Shown: positions 36,436 through 45,783 of the stretch, one piece after another
How positions within the stretch are numbered: the stretch's first letter is position 1
Layout of the letters: each line of letters starts with the position of its first letter
Source: Candidatus Levyibacteriota bacterium
GTDB taxonomy: Bacteria > Patescibacteriota > Microgenomatia > Levybacterales > UBA12049
DNA: 62,316 nt
Direction of reading: 5' to 3'
NCBI GenBank assembly: GCA_043807135.1
Contig: JAZDGF010000005.1
Location: 1 to 62,316, forward strand
Translations under genes and position numbers: made by a program
The notes under the pieces: generated by a model
The model's database searches: none
Told to the model about the DNA's origin: nothing
What the model saw: only the letters and a program-made list of their open reading frames with translations

Positions 36436-37596
36436 TTATTTTAGTTTTTTAATAATTGCCTCAAGTGATAAAGATTGCTGGGTGCGGTTTTTCATATCTT
36501 TTAATATTAACTTTTCTTGATCAAAAATTATTACAAAAGAAATATTTTTCTTATCAGCATATTTAAGTTGCTTTTCTAAATCTTTTTGCTCAAGATAGAT
36601 TTCAGTATTAATTTTTTCTTTTCTTAATCTTTCTGCGATTTCTAGTGCTTTTTCCGAATAGACAATAAGAACTTTAGTGACTTTAAGATTACTTGGAAAA
36701 AGATCTAAATTGTCCATTGCATCAATCGTTCTATCAAATCCAAAAGAAAACCCTGATGCTGTGAATGATTTTTTTATAAACAGAGAAATAAGTTTATTAT
36801 ATCTTCCGCCTGCGCCTAGTGATCCTGATTTATAGCCTGGATCTTCTGCTTCCATGATTATTCCGGTGTAGTAATCAAGTCCTCGGGCAAGTGTTGGGTT
36901 AAATTCAATTTTTTCATAAAGACCAGTCTTTTTGGCAAATTTTAAAATTTCAATTACTCTTTTAGTGGGTTTGTTATTAATTAGTTTTTCTAAGATTTTT
37001 TCATCAAATCCTTTTTGCTTTAATTCTTTTTTTACTTTTTCTTCTCCAATCTTATTAAGTTTATCAATGATTGCGATTGCTTTTTCAGGAATATCTTTTA
37101 ATAATTCTCGATCATTAATATAAATTTTAATATTTTTAAAACCTAATCTTTCATAACCTTTTATGGAAATTTCTAGTAGTTCATAGTCTGAAAGGGAAGA
37201 GTCTGTTCCAACAATATCAATATCACATTGAATAAATTCTCGATACCTTCCTTTTTGCGGATTATCTGCTCTGAAAACAGGTTGAATTTGATAACGTTTA
37301 AAGGGGAAAATTATCTCGTTTTGATTTTGAGCAATAACCCTTGCAAGGGGAACAGTTAAGTCATATTTTAACGCTACTTTTCTTTTACCGTTGTCAGTAA
37401 ACTTATACATTAATTTATCGCCTTCATCTCCATATTTTCCGGTCAAGATTTCTTCGTATTCAAGGGTGGGTGTTTCCAGAGGTTCAAAGCCATATAACTT
37501 AAACACCTCTTTTAAGGTGTTTATGACATATTCTCTTTTTTTGGCTTCTTTGGGTAGAAAATCTCGAAAGCCTTTAAGCGTTTGTGCTTTAATCAT
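36436..37596 (-). CDS. hisS: Histidyl-tRNA synthetase
   Basis: It has GFRDFLP, class II motifs, GGRYNKL and a C-terminal anticodon-binding-like segment. Confidence 0.85.
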   Translation of the reverse strand: MIKAQTLKGFRDFLPKEAKKREYVINTLKEVFKLYGFEPLETPTLEYEEILTGKYGDEGDKLMYKFTDNGKRKVALKYDLTVPLARVIAQNQNEIIFPFKRYQIQPVFRADNPQKGRYREFIQCDIDIVGTDSSLSDYELLEISIKGYERLGFKNIKIYINDRELLKDIPEKAIAIIDKLNKIGEEKVKKELKQKGFDEKILEKLINNKPTKRVIEILKFAKKTGLYEKIEFNPTLARGLDYYTGIIMEAEDPGYKSGSLGAGGRYNKLISLFIKKSFTASGFSFGFDRTIDAMDNLDLFPSNLKVTKVLIVYSEKALEIAERLRKEKINTEIYLEQKDLEKQLKYADKKNISFVIIFDQEKLILKDMKNRTQQSLSLEAIIKKLK

Positions 37597-37615
37597 ATCC
37601 TATATTATATCATTT

Positions 37616-38620
37616 TTAAGCATCTTTAGGGGATATAAAGTAGCGTCCTAGATTACGAATTACCAAAATAATAATGCTTATAAATGGAATAGCAAATATT
37701 GCACCCATTGTTCCTGCTATTTTTACACCAACAAAGAAAGAGAGTAAGACAATAATTGGATGAATCTTAAATGCTTTACCGATAAATTTTGGACCCCAAA
37801 TATTAAACACAAATTGCTGAAAAATAAGAAGAATAATAAATACAATTAATGCCATGGCAGGATCTAGAATAAATGCAAGAAAAACAGGAGGAATAATTGC
37901 CAAAATTGGTCCAATCAATGGGATTATGGTTAGAATTCCAGAGATAACTCCAGTTGATGCTGCAAAATCAATTCCTAAAAGTCTTAATACTGCCCAAGTT
38001 GCAACTCCGTTAATTAGCGCAAAGGTAAGCTGCACTCTAATAAAGGAAGCAAAAGTTGTATTAATAATATTTTGAATCATTCTAAAATTCTTATGCCATT
38101 TTTTAGGCATAAATTCATAACCCTCAGCATCAATTCTTTTTTTATCAACGATAAGGTAAAAAGAGATAATGAAAATAATAAGTGAAGAAAATAAAAAGTT
38201 AGCAACAGAAGGAATAAAAGATGTGTAATTACCTAAAGATGAAACAAGGTTTTCACTCCATTTTTGAACAAAGATTGGAGCGGTTTTAAGATAGTTGGGA
38301 AGTACTTTAGATAGAATATCAAGCTGATAAATTACTACAGGAATAAAAAGTAAAACTATTGCTAATAAAATAATCGCTAGAAGTATGTAAGCTAAAATTG
38401 CTGATATAGTTTTTGAAGTTTTAAAAAAATTTGAAAATAAATCTACAACCGGTTCAAGTATAAAGCTTAAAAGCCAAGAGAGAATTATTATTGCAAAAAC
38501 ATCGGAAAAATTACCTAAAAACTGCCAAGCAAATTGTAAAAGATAAACAGCTACTGCAATGGTAAGCAAGATAGATAAAAGCTTTAATGATGTTAGCTCC
38601 TTTTTAACTTCATCCAGCAT
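37616..38620 (-). CDS. AI-2E (PerM/UPF0118) family transporter
   Basis: It is polytopic, with the size and C-terminal conserved region (IIPLIGPILAIIPP) typical of the family. Confidence 0.8.
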   Translation of the reverse strand: MLDEVKKELTSLKLLSILLTIAVAVYLLQFAWQFLGNFSDVFAIIILSWLLSFILEPVVDLFSNFFKTSKTISAILAYILLAIILLAIVLLFIPVVIYQLDILSKVLPNYLKTAPIFVQKWSENLVSSLGNYTSFIPSVANFLFSSLIIFIISFYLIVDKKRIDAEGYEFMPKKWHKNFRMIQNIINTTFASFIRVQLTFALINGVATWAVLRLLGIDFAASTGVISGILTIIPLIGPILAIIPPVFLAFILDPAMALIVFIILLIFQQFVFNIWGPKFIGKAFKIHPIIVLLSFFVGVKIAGTMGAIFAIPFISIIILVIRNLGRYFISPKDA

Positions 38621-38673
38621 AATTCTATCGTAGCGGTATTTTAAAAATAATTCAATAGGGGATTAATTTTGTA

Positions 38674-39378
38674 TTATATTTTAATTATTTCTCTTGAAGA
38701 GTTAGTTAACATCTTAACACCATTTTTAGTTAACAATACTAAGTCTTCTATTCTAACTCCGCCAAAGTTTTTAATATAAATACCCGGTTCTATAGAAAAA
38801 ATCATTCCAGGTTTTAGAATTGTTTTTGATTTTGGAGAAATTTTTGGACTCATTTGAACTTTTTTACCAATTCCATGACCAAGGGAATGGGGAAAATTAG
38901 GATATTTCTGAGAAATGTAATTTCTGGCAATTTTATCTAAATCACAACCAGAGATTAATTTCTTTCGTTTAAGAGAAGAGTTTAGATAAATTATTGCTTT
39001 TTCTTGTGCTTTTAAAACTGTATCATAAATATGTTTTTTTCTTAAAGTTATTTTTTTAAAAAAAACGGTTCTTGATATGTCCGAGCAATATCCGTTTATT
39101 TTTGCACCAAAATCAAACATAATAATGTCTCCCTTTTTAAGCTCTCGATTATTTGGCCTGTGATGAATTTCAGAAGAATTTTCTCCGAAAGCAACAATCG
39201 TTTTAAAAGCAATACCTTCTGATTTATTTCTAATAAATTTATTAATTTTAAATGCAGTTTCTTTTTCCGAAACCCCAGTTTTTAAATGGGGAAGAATGTA
39301 TTTAAAAGCAGCATCGCAAACCTTACAAGCCTTCATAATAGAAGATATTTCTTTTTTTTCTTTTATCAAAGACTTCAT
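38674..39378 (-). CDS. M24-family metallopeptidase (Xaa-Pro aminopeptidase-like catalytic domain only)
   Basis: Pita-bread metal ligands are present: FDFGA..GYCSDISRT, HSLGHGIG, EPG and RIED. Confidence 0.8.
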   Translation of the reverse strand: MKSLIKEKKEISSIMKACKVCDAAFKYILPHLKTGVSEKETAFKINKFIRNKSEGIAFKTIVAFGENSSEIHHRPNNRELKKGDIIMFDFGAKINGYCSDISRTVFFKKITLRKKHIYDTVLKAQEKAIIYLNSSLKRKKLISGCDLDKIARNYISQKYPNFPHSLGHGIGKKVQMSPKISPKSKTILKPGMIFSIEPGIYIKNFGGVRIEDLVLLTKNGVKMLTNSSREIIKI

Positions 39379-40151
39379 TAATCAGTTATTGGAGTTAGTT
39401 TTTTTCCACTTCCTGTTGAGGGAACAACAGTTGCTTTTGCATCTAGTGCATCAGGAGCAATAATTATTTTAGGATTTTTGGGAATCTCTGAAAAAATTAT
39501 TATTTTTGATGCAAGCAAAAGCTTTTTATCATCTTTATCCATGTATCCAAAAGCAAGCACGTTTTGATTTTCAGAAAGTTTAGAAAAACCCGAAGCAACA
39601 ATTCCATCTTCTAGTGTATATTCAAAAGTCTTAGTAATCTTTGCTACGTCAATAGTTAATTTCCCTTTTTCATCAATAAGTTCAAAAGTATTTTCTTTAC
39701 TATCAATTGATAAGATAACACCATGAATTATTTTTGGAAGAGTGATAACATCTACCTCTCTTGCCATAATTCTTTTTGATTGTTTGTTATAAAGTCCAAT
39801 TACACCAAGTACATTCCCTTTTGTAATATCTGAAATTCCAAAAGATTCAGAATCAGGAGAAGAAAATTTTGTCAATTCATCTACATCGACATATCTTTTA
39901 TCTCCTTTAATATCATTTAAGACAATTTGTGTTCCAGAGGTTTCTTCAACAGTTCCTGCAATACCCCTTTTTTCTACAAGATTAAGTTCTGCAACTCTTG
40001 ATGCAATCTTACTCTTTAAATCATCTAGCTGAGCACTTTCTGCATCTTTATCAGCAGTTGTGGTAGGAATTGCAGTAGGTGTTGCAGCAAATGCTTCTCT
40101 TGCAGTAAAAATTGTAATTATTAAAGCAATGATTAATATTAATTTTTTCAT
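39378..40151 (-). CDS. Secreted hypothetical protein
   Basis: It has a signal peptide (MKKLILIIALIITIFTAREAFA). No family is recognised. It lies in an operon with its neighbours. Confidence 0.6.
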   Translation of the reverse strand: MKKLILIIALIITIFTAREAFAATPTAIPTTTADKDAESAQLDDLKSKIASRVAELNLVEKRGIAGTVEETSGTQIVLNDIKGDKRYVDVDELTKFSSPDSESFGISDITKGNVLGVIGLYNKQSKRIMAREVDVITLPKIIHGVILSIDSKENTFELIDEKGKLTIDVAKITKTFEYTLEDGIVASGFSKLSENQNVLAFGYMDKDDKKLLLASKIIIFSEIPKNPKIIIAPDALDAKATVVPSTGSGKKLTPITD

Positions 40152-40152
40152 C

Positions 40153-40578
40153 TTAAAATTCTTCTGTTGTAAAAGAGATTGTTCTTTTTACTGTTTGCTC
40201 TTCACCGTTTGGTGCAATAGCAGTAATTCTTATTGTATTTACTCCACTTGAAATATTAACTGTTGTTGAAAAATCTCCTGTAGAGCTTGGTCTTATAATA
40301 TCGAAATCTGATTTAGTTAGAATAATAATAGTTGCATTTTTCTCTGTTTTTCCTGAAATCTTTACTACTTTTTTATCTGTAATTTTTTCGTCTGAAGGTT
40401 CATTTATGGAGAGAAAAATAGTTGGCTTGGGAGTAGGGGAAACTGCTTTAACTAAAATTGGATTTGATTCTGATTCTGGCAAAATTTTTGCATGTTGAGA
40501 AAAATAAAATGCAACTCCTGCAAAAATCAATCCGATTATAATTGCCAAAAGCGCTAAAACTGTTCTTTCTTTTTTCAT
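40153..40578 (-). CDS. Membrane-anchored hypothetical protein (Ig-like beta-rich ectodomain?)
   Basis: Trimmed to ATG 40578 (MKKERTVLALLAIIIG...). The TTG at 40623 called by the track is the -35 box of this gene's own promoter. Confidence 0.6.
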   Translation of the reverse strand: MKKERTVLALLAIIIGLIFAGVAFYFSQHAKILPESESNPILVKAVSPTPKPTIFLSINEPSDEKITDKKVVKISGKTEKNATIIILTKSDFDIIRPSSTGDFSTTVNISSGVNTIRITAIAPNGEEQTVKRTISFTTEEF

Positions 40579-40594
40579 ATCTTTAAAGCAACTT

Positions 40595-40645
40595 ATATTA
40601 CGAAAAAAAGATTGCCTTGTCAAGGAAATTTAGATATGTTAGGAT
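40595..40645. promoter_or_regulatory. Divergent promoter pair sharing one palindromic -35 (CCTTGTCAAGG)
   Basis: Minus strand: TTGACA (40623..40618), 17 nt, TAATAT (40600..40595). Plus strand: TTGTCA (40617..40622), 17 nt, TAGGAT (40640..40645), 6 nt, then ATG at 40652. Confidence 0.5.
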
Positions 40646-40651
40646 TAGAAA

Positions 40652-41179
40652 ATGGAAATTACCTATTTAGAAAACAAGAGTTTAAGAATCCGCAGTAAAA
40701 AAACCTCATTCATTATCGATCCTAATGGGGACATTTCAAAGACTCCTGCAGATTTTATTCTTTTATTAAAAAACAAAACTTATGACTTAAAAAAAGTTAC
40801 TGATTATAGATTAATAATTGCAGGGTCTGGAGAATATGAGATAGGCGGCATAAAAATTTCCGGAAAAAAAGCAGGAGATGATTTTGTTTATAGCATGGTT
40901 ATTGAAAAAACAGAACTTATTATAGGAAGAGCAGATGCTATTTCCAAAATGCCTGATAAAGCAAAAGAGCATGAAGTGGCAATATTGAATACTGATACAG
41001 TTCTTTCCGAATCAATAATAACTATAATTGAACCAAGAATAGCAATTCTTTATGGAGAAAACATTGAGGAATCAATAAAGGCGCTCGGAAAAGATTCTTC
41101 TTCTGTTCAGAAGACAAAAAAACTATCCATAAAAGAAGGTAATCTTCCTGAAGAAATGGAAGTAGTTGTATTACAGTAA
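40652..41179 (+). CDS. Hypothetical protein (weakly MBL-fold-like, metal motif not evident)
   Basis: 175-aa ORF. The resemblance to UlaG/MBL-fold proteins is weak and lacks HxHxDH. Confidence 0.45.
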   Translation: MEITYLENKSLRIRSKKTSFIIDPNGDISKTPADFILLLKNKTYDLKKVTDYRLIIAGSGEYEIGGIKISGKKAGDDFVYSMVIEKTELIIGRADAISKMPDKAKEHEVAILNTDTVLSESIITIIEPRIAILYGENIEESIKALGKDSSSVQKTKKLSIKEGNLPEEMEVVVLQ

Positions 41180-41203
41180 CTTAAGGTTTAAAATATATGT
41201 CCT

Positions 41204-42538
41204 ATGGCAGCGATAAAAACTCTCCCGCACAATGAAGACGCAGAAGCAAGTGTATTAGGTGCCATCCTCATAGATAAAGACGCAATAGGAACAGTTTCTG
41301 AATTAATTTACTCAAGAGATTTCTATAACGATATTAACAGCATAATTTACGATGCAATGATTTCTTTATATGAACAGAGTAAGCCAATAGATATTGTTAC
41401 TCTTACTGCACAACTTAAGAAAAACAAAACACACGATAAATTAGATGCCACATACCTTGCAGAATTAGTTGAATCTGTTCCTACTGCTGCAAATATTGAG
41501 CATTACGCAAATCTTATTAAAGAAGCTTCAGTTAAGAGATCATTAATTAAAATTGGAGGACAAATAGCTGAATTAGGATTTTCCGAAGACACAGAAGCAA
41601 GTGAAATAATAGATAAAGCAGAATCTACTGTTTTTTCTATTTCTCAAGGACATTCTTTAAAAAGTTTTATTCCTGTTAAAGAAGCACTTGCAGGAAGTTT
41701 TGACAGAATTGATGAGCTTCATAAAAAAGGTCAGGGTTTAAGAGGAGTGAAAAGTGGATTTACAGATTTGGATAATCTTTTATCAGGTTTTCAGGCTTCA
41801 AATTTGATAATTCTTGCAGCAAGACCCGGTCAGGGAAAAACGGCAATGGTTGTTAATATTGCACAAAACATTGCAGTTTCTGAAAAAAAGCCAGTTGGGA
41901 TTTTTTCTTTGGAAATGAGCCAAGAAGAATTAGTTGATAGATTTTTAGTAGGACAATCTGATGTTGACGCATGGAGGCTTAAAACAGGAAAACTTTCAGA
42001 AACAGATTTTACAAAACTTTCTCAGGCAATGGGAGAACTTGCAGATGCACCTATTTTCATTGATGATACTCCAGGAATATCTATGTCAGAAATGAGAACT
42101 AAGGCAAGAAGACTTCATCTTGAACATAATGTCTCACTTTTAATTGTCGACTATCTTCAGCTTGCAGATCCCGGGAGACATTATGATAATCGTGTGCAAG
42201 AAGTGTCAATAATATCGCAGTCTCTTAAAAAGCTTGCCAGGGAATTAAAAGTACCTGTTTTAGCTGTTTCTCAGCTGTCTCGTGCAGTTGAGCATAGAGG
42301 TGAGAAAAAGCCACAGCTCGCAGATTTAAGAGAGTCAGGCGCTATTGAGCAGGATGCAGACGTTGTTATGTTTTTGTATAGACCGGATACAGAATCATTT
42401 TCTAATGTTATGCAGACAAAGCTGCTTGTTGCAAAACATAGAAATGGTCCAGTTGGGGAAATTGATTTACTTTTCCGCGGAGATAGGATAAAATTTTATA
42501 ATGTGGAAGCGAAAAGAGAAGGAGGTGATAATACTTAA
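41204..42538 (+). CDS. dnaB: Replicative DNA helicase DnaB
   Basis: It has LPHNEDAEASVLGAIL, the Walker A motif ARPGQGKT, IVDYLQL, SQLSRAVE and RESGAIEQDAD. Confidence 0.95.
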   Translation: MAAIKTLPHNEDAEASVLGAILIDKDAIGTVSELIYSRDFYNDINSIIYDAMISLYEQSKPIDIVTLTAQLKKNKTHDKLDATYLAELVESVPTAANIEHYANLIKEASVKRSLIKIGGQIAELGFSEDTEASEIIDKAESTVFSISQGHSLKSFIPVKEALAGSFDRIDELHKKGQGLRGVKSGFTDLDNLLSGFQASNLIILAARPGQGKTAMVVNIAQNIAVSEKKPVGIFSLEMSQEELVDRFLVGQSDVDAWRLKTGKLSETDFTKLSQAMGELADAPIFIDDTPGISMSEMRTKARRLHLEHNVSLLIVDYLQLADPGRHYDNRVQEVSIISQSLKKLARELKVPVLAVSQLSRAVEHRGEKKPQLADLRESGAIEQDADVVMFLYRPDTESFSNVMQTKLLVAKHRNGPVGEIDLLFRGDRIKFYNVEAKREGGDNT

Positions 42539-42876
42539 TGGATGATAAATTAAATCAAGGTGGAATAAATCCTAACCCTAATCCCGTTTCTCAGCCAGTA
42601 GATCCAGCAGCACCATCTGCTACTCCTGAGCCAACACCAGCAGTGCCTGGAATGCCAACGGATCCAGTAGTCCCTGGAGGGCCAGTAGATCCAGCAGCAC
42701 CATCTGGTACTCCTGAGCCAACACCAGCAGTGCCTGGAATGCCAACGGATCCAGTAGTCCCTGGAGGGCCAGTAGATCCAGCAGCACCATCTGCTATTCC
42801 TGAGCCAACACCAGCAGTGCCTGGAATGGCTTCTGAGGAAGTAAAAACAGATGATCCGGCTAACGGAATCGTTTAA
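42538..42876 (+). CDS. Pro-rich repeat protein (112 aa) translationally coupled to dnaB
   Basis: Its ATG overlaps the dnaB stop (TAATG). The 29-aa unit VDPAAPSxTPEPTPAVPGMPTDPVVPGGP is present in about 2.7 copies. Confidence 0.55.
   Translation: MDDKLNQGGINPNPNPVSQPVDPAAPSATPEPTPAVPGMPTDPVVPGGPVDPAAPSGTPEPTPAVPGMPTDPVVPGGPVDPAAPSAIPEPTPAVPGMASEEVKTDDPANGIV
42595..42828 (+). repeat. Tandem direct repeat, 87-bp unit, about 2.7 copies
   Basis: Units start at 42595, 42682 and 42769. They are near-identical and differ only at the GCTACT / GGTACT / GCTATT positions. Confidence 0.9.
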
Positions 42877-42890
42877 AGAGAATTTGAGGA

Positions 42891-42923
42891 TTAGACTCCT
42901 ACTCAAATGAAGTAGGAGTCTAA
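42891..42923 (+). terminator. Perfect 13-bp stem hairpin after the dnaB operon (no clear U-tract)
   Basis: TTAGACTCCTACT caaatga AGTAGGAGTCTAA. Confidence 0.5.
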
Positions 42924-42987
42924 TAAAAGAGAATAAATATAAGATAGTTTAATTTAAGTAATTTAATTAGCTATTTATATTTTTAAA

Positions 42988-43617
42988 ATGATATTTTCCT
43001 TAGATCAAGTTATTCAATGGTTATCGGTATATAAATACATTATTTTATTTCCGGTGATGGTTATAGAAGGTCCGATTGTAACTATTATTGCCGGATTTCT
43101 GTCATCGTTAAAACTTCTAAATCCAATCCTTGTTTACTTAGTTGTTGTTGCAGCAGATGTAATTGGAGATTTTATTTATTATGCAATTGGAAGGTGGGGA
43201 AGAGAAAGATTTATTGATAGATGGGGAAAATACATAGGTTTAAGTACAAGTAAAATTGAAAAACTTGAAGGACATTTTGAAAGACATACCAAAAAAACAT
43301 TAATTTTTGGAAAAATTTCTCATGCATTTGGGGCGCCAATTTTAGTAGCAGCAGGAATAGTTAAGATGCCTCTCTGGGGGTTTCTTTGGTTTAATTTTTG
43401 GGTAACTTTACCTAAGTCATTTATATTCTTAATGATTGGGTTTTATTTTGGCCAGGCATATGTTGGGTTAAGTAAATACTTGGATTATTTTTCAATCGGC
43501 CTTTTAGTTGCTGCAGTAATTATAATCTTCTCTTATTATGCATATAATAGGCTAAAAATAAAATTTTATAAATTTATTACAAAACTTAAAGAAATAAATA
43601 TTTTTAAGGTTAAATGA
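42988..43617 (+). CDS. DedA-family membrane protein
   Basis: The topology and motifs around GPIVTIIAGFL and FGKISHAFG resemble the DedA/SNARE-associated family. Confidence 0.75.
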   Translation: MIFSLDQVIQWLSVYKYIILFPVMVIEGPIVTIIAGFLSSLKLLNPILVYLVVVAADVIGDFIYYAIGRWGRERFIDRWGKYIGLSTSKIEKLEGHFERHTKKTLIFGKISHAFGAPILVAAGIVKMPLWGFLWFNFWVTLPKSFIFLMIGFYFGQAYVGLSKYLDYFSIGLLVAAVIIIFSYYAYNRLKIKFYKFITKLKEINIFKVK

Positions 43618-44828
43618 AAATTGCAATTTTTTCTGATAATTTTTATCCTGAGCTAAGCGGAATTACGGATACAATACTTACTACAGCAAAAGAGCTTGCT
43701 AAAATGGGGCATTTTATTAACTTTTTTGTACCGCATTACAGTAGTAAGGATTATAAACAAGTAAATCTTTCTAATGAAAAAGAAGTTTTCTTACACGAAA
43801 GAATTGAAATAAGTCGTATGTTTTCTTTTTCTTATCCAACAGGTACAAGGCAGGGAAGACTTGTTGTGCCAACAGGACTGCGTTTTCTAAAAGTTAAAAA
43901 GTTTAATCCCGACGTAATTCATACAAATCACATTGCCGGAGCAGGAGTGGAGGGGCTAATAAGTGCAAAACTTCTTAAAAAACCTTTGATTGGTACAAAT
44001 CATACTCCAATAATTGAATTTATTAAATATAGCCCTATTAAATCAAATTGGTTTAAAAACTCAATGTCAAAATATGATGCTTGGTATTTTAATAAATGTG
44101 ATTTTGTCTCTTCTCCTTCTTGGGCAGTTCTACATGAGATGCAAAAATATGGTTTTAATAGGCAATGCAAACCGGTATCAAATCCTGTTGATATAGAAGC
44201 TTTTAAACCTTTAGCAATAAAAGAAAGAGAGGAATTGAAAAAGAAGTATGGTTTTTCAGATTTTACTCTTTATTACTGTGGAAGACTTGCTGTAGAAAAA
44301 CATATAGATTTAATGATAAAAGCAGTTGTAAATCTTAAAGAAAAAATTCCAAACATAAATCTGGTAATTGCTGGAAAAGGATCTGAGGAAGAAAACTTAA
44401 AAGCAATGGTTAAGAAATTAGGAGTAGGGGATAGAGTAAAATTTTATGGATTTTTAAAAGAGTTAAAGAATTTTGTAAAGCTTTATAATGCAACAGATTT
44501 ATTCTTAATGCTCGGGACAGCAGAAACACAAAGTATTGTCATGATGCAGGCAATGGCTTGCGGAAATCCTGTTATTGGAGTAAATTCCTGGGGACTTGTT
44601 GATTACATTAATGAAAAAAATGGATTTTTAATTAAGCCAAATGATCAAGAGGCACTTGAGGAAAAAATTCTTTATTTATACAAAAACAAAGATAAAAAAG
44701 AAGCGCTTGGGGAAGGCGGTAGGAAGTTTACTGAACAATTTTCCAAAAGAAACGTTGCTAAGACTTGGGAAAAGATTTACGAAGAAACTATAAGAAAGCA
44801 TGCAAACAAAAAGAAAAACGCGCTATAA
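43614..44828 (+). CDS. GT4-family glycosyltransferase
   Basis: It starts MKIAIFSDNFYPELSGI. The C-terminal GT1 domain carries an E-x7-E-like region (GTAETQSIVMMQAMACGNPVIG). Confidence 0.85.
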   Translation: MKIAIFSDNFYPELSGITDTILTTAKELAKMGHFINFFVPHYSSKDYKQVNLSNEKEVFLHERIEISRMFSFSYPTGTRQGRLVVPTGLRFLKVKKFNPDVIHTNHIAGAGVEGLISAKLLKKPLIGTNHTPIIEFIKYSPIKSNWFKNSMSKYDAWYFNKCDFVSSPSWAVLHEMQKYGFNRQCKPVSNPVDIEAFKPLAIKEREELKKKYGFSDFTLYYCGRLAVEKHIDLMIKAVVNLKEKIPNINLVIAGKGSEEENLKAMVKKLGVGDRVKFYGFLKELKNFVKLYNATDLFLMLGTAETQSIVMMQAMACGNPVIGVNSWGLVDYINEKNGFLIKPNDQEALEEKILYLYKNKDKKEALGEGGRKFTEQFSKRNVAKTWEKIYEETIRKHANKKKNAL

Positions 44829-44837
44829 TAGAGTTTA

Positions 44838-45740
44838 ATGAAAATAAGCTTTGTTATACCAGCTTATAACGAAGAGAATTACCTTGGGGATTGTATTGAC
44901 TCCGTTTTAGAAGAAGCTAGGGGTAAAAATTACGACTTTGAAATTATAGTTGTAAATAATGCTTCAACTGATAAAACAAAGCAAGTTGCTAAATCTTTTA
45001 AAAATGTAAAAGTTGTTGATGAGCTAGAGAAAGACTTAGTTTGTGCAAGAAAAGCAGGATACCTTGCTTCCACGGGTGATCTTATTGCAAACATAGATGC
45101 TGATACAAGACTTACTTCCAAGTGGATAGAAAAGGTTTTAAGTGAATTTTCTAACCCAGAAGTTGTTGCCTTAAGTGGACCGTTTATCTACTACGATCTT
45201 TCAAGAAGAATGAAGCTTATGGTAAAACTCTTTTACTATTATGCATTTTCCCTTTATTTATTAAATATCCACATTTTTAAAAAAGGATCAATGCTTCAGG
45301 GGGGAAATTTTGTTTTAAGAAGAACTGCATTTGAAAAGACAGAGGGCTATGATACAAAGCATTACAGTTTTTATGGAGAAGATACTAATGTTGCAATGCG
45401 TATGTTTAAGCATGGAGTAGTTAAATGGACTTTTAGATTTCCGATTTATTCATCAGGCAGAAGGATTGCAGCAGAAGGTCCGTTTACTATGATGGTTCGC
45501 TACACTATGAATTATTTTTGGGTGATTTTATTTAGTAAGCCCTTTACAAAGGGGGTTGTTGACTTTAGATTTAAACGTAAAAAAATCCTATCTATTCGTC
45601 CTAAGGATTTAATTCATGAATGGATAAGCGGTGCGTTTACGATTGGTACTTTAATTCTTTTACCAATAGTTGCTGTAGTTTTATTAATTTATTTTCTTTA
45701 CATACTCCAAGTATATTTACGTGTTTACGCTTCAAAATAA
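44838..45740 (+). CDS. GT2-family glycosyltransferase with C-terminal TM segments
   Basis: FVIPAYNEE, NNASTD and DADT motifs are present. Confidence 0.85.
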   Translation: MKISFVIPAYNEENYLGDCIDSVLEEARGKNYDFEIIVVNNASTDKTKQVAKSFKNVKVVDELEKDLVCARKAGYLASTGDLIANIDADTRLTSKWIEKVLSEFSNPEVVALSGPFIYYDLSRRMKLMVKLFYYYAFSLYLLNIHIFKKGSMLQGGNFVLRRTAFEKTEGYDTKHYSFYGEDTNVAMRMFKHGVVKWTFRFPIYSSGRRIAAEGPFTMMVRYTMNYFWVILFSKPFTKGVVDFRFKRKKILSIRPKDLIHEWISGAFTIGTLILLPIVAVVLLIYFLYILQVYLRVYASK

Positions 45741-45745
45741 ATTGT

Positions 45746-45774
45746 TTGACATTAGAAGCTTGTAGTAGTAAAAT
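45746..45774 (+). promoter_or_regulatory. Consensus sigma70-like promoter, near-leaderless
   Basis: TTGACA (45746..45751), 17 nt, TAAAAT (45769..45774), 9 nt, then ATG at 45784. Confidence 0.55.
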
Positions 45775-45783
45775 CCTCTAGTT

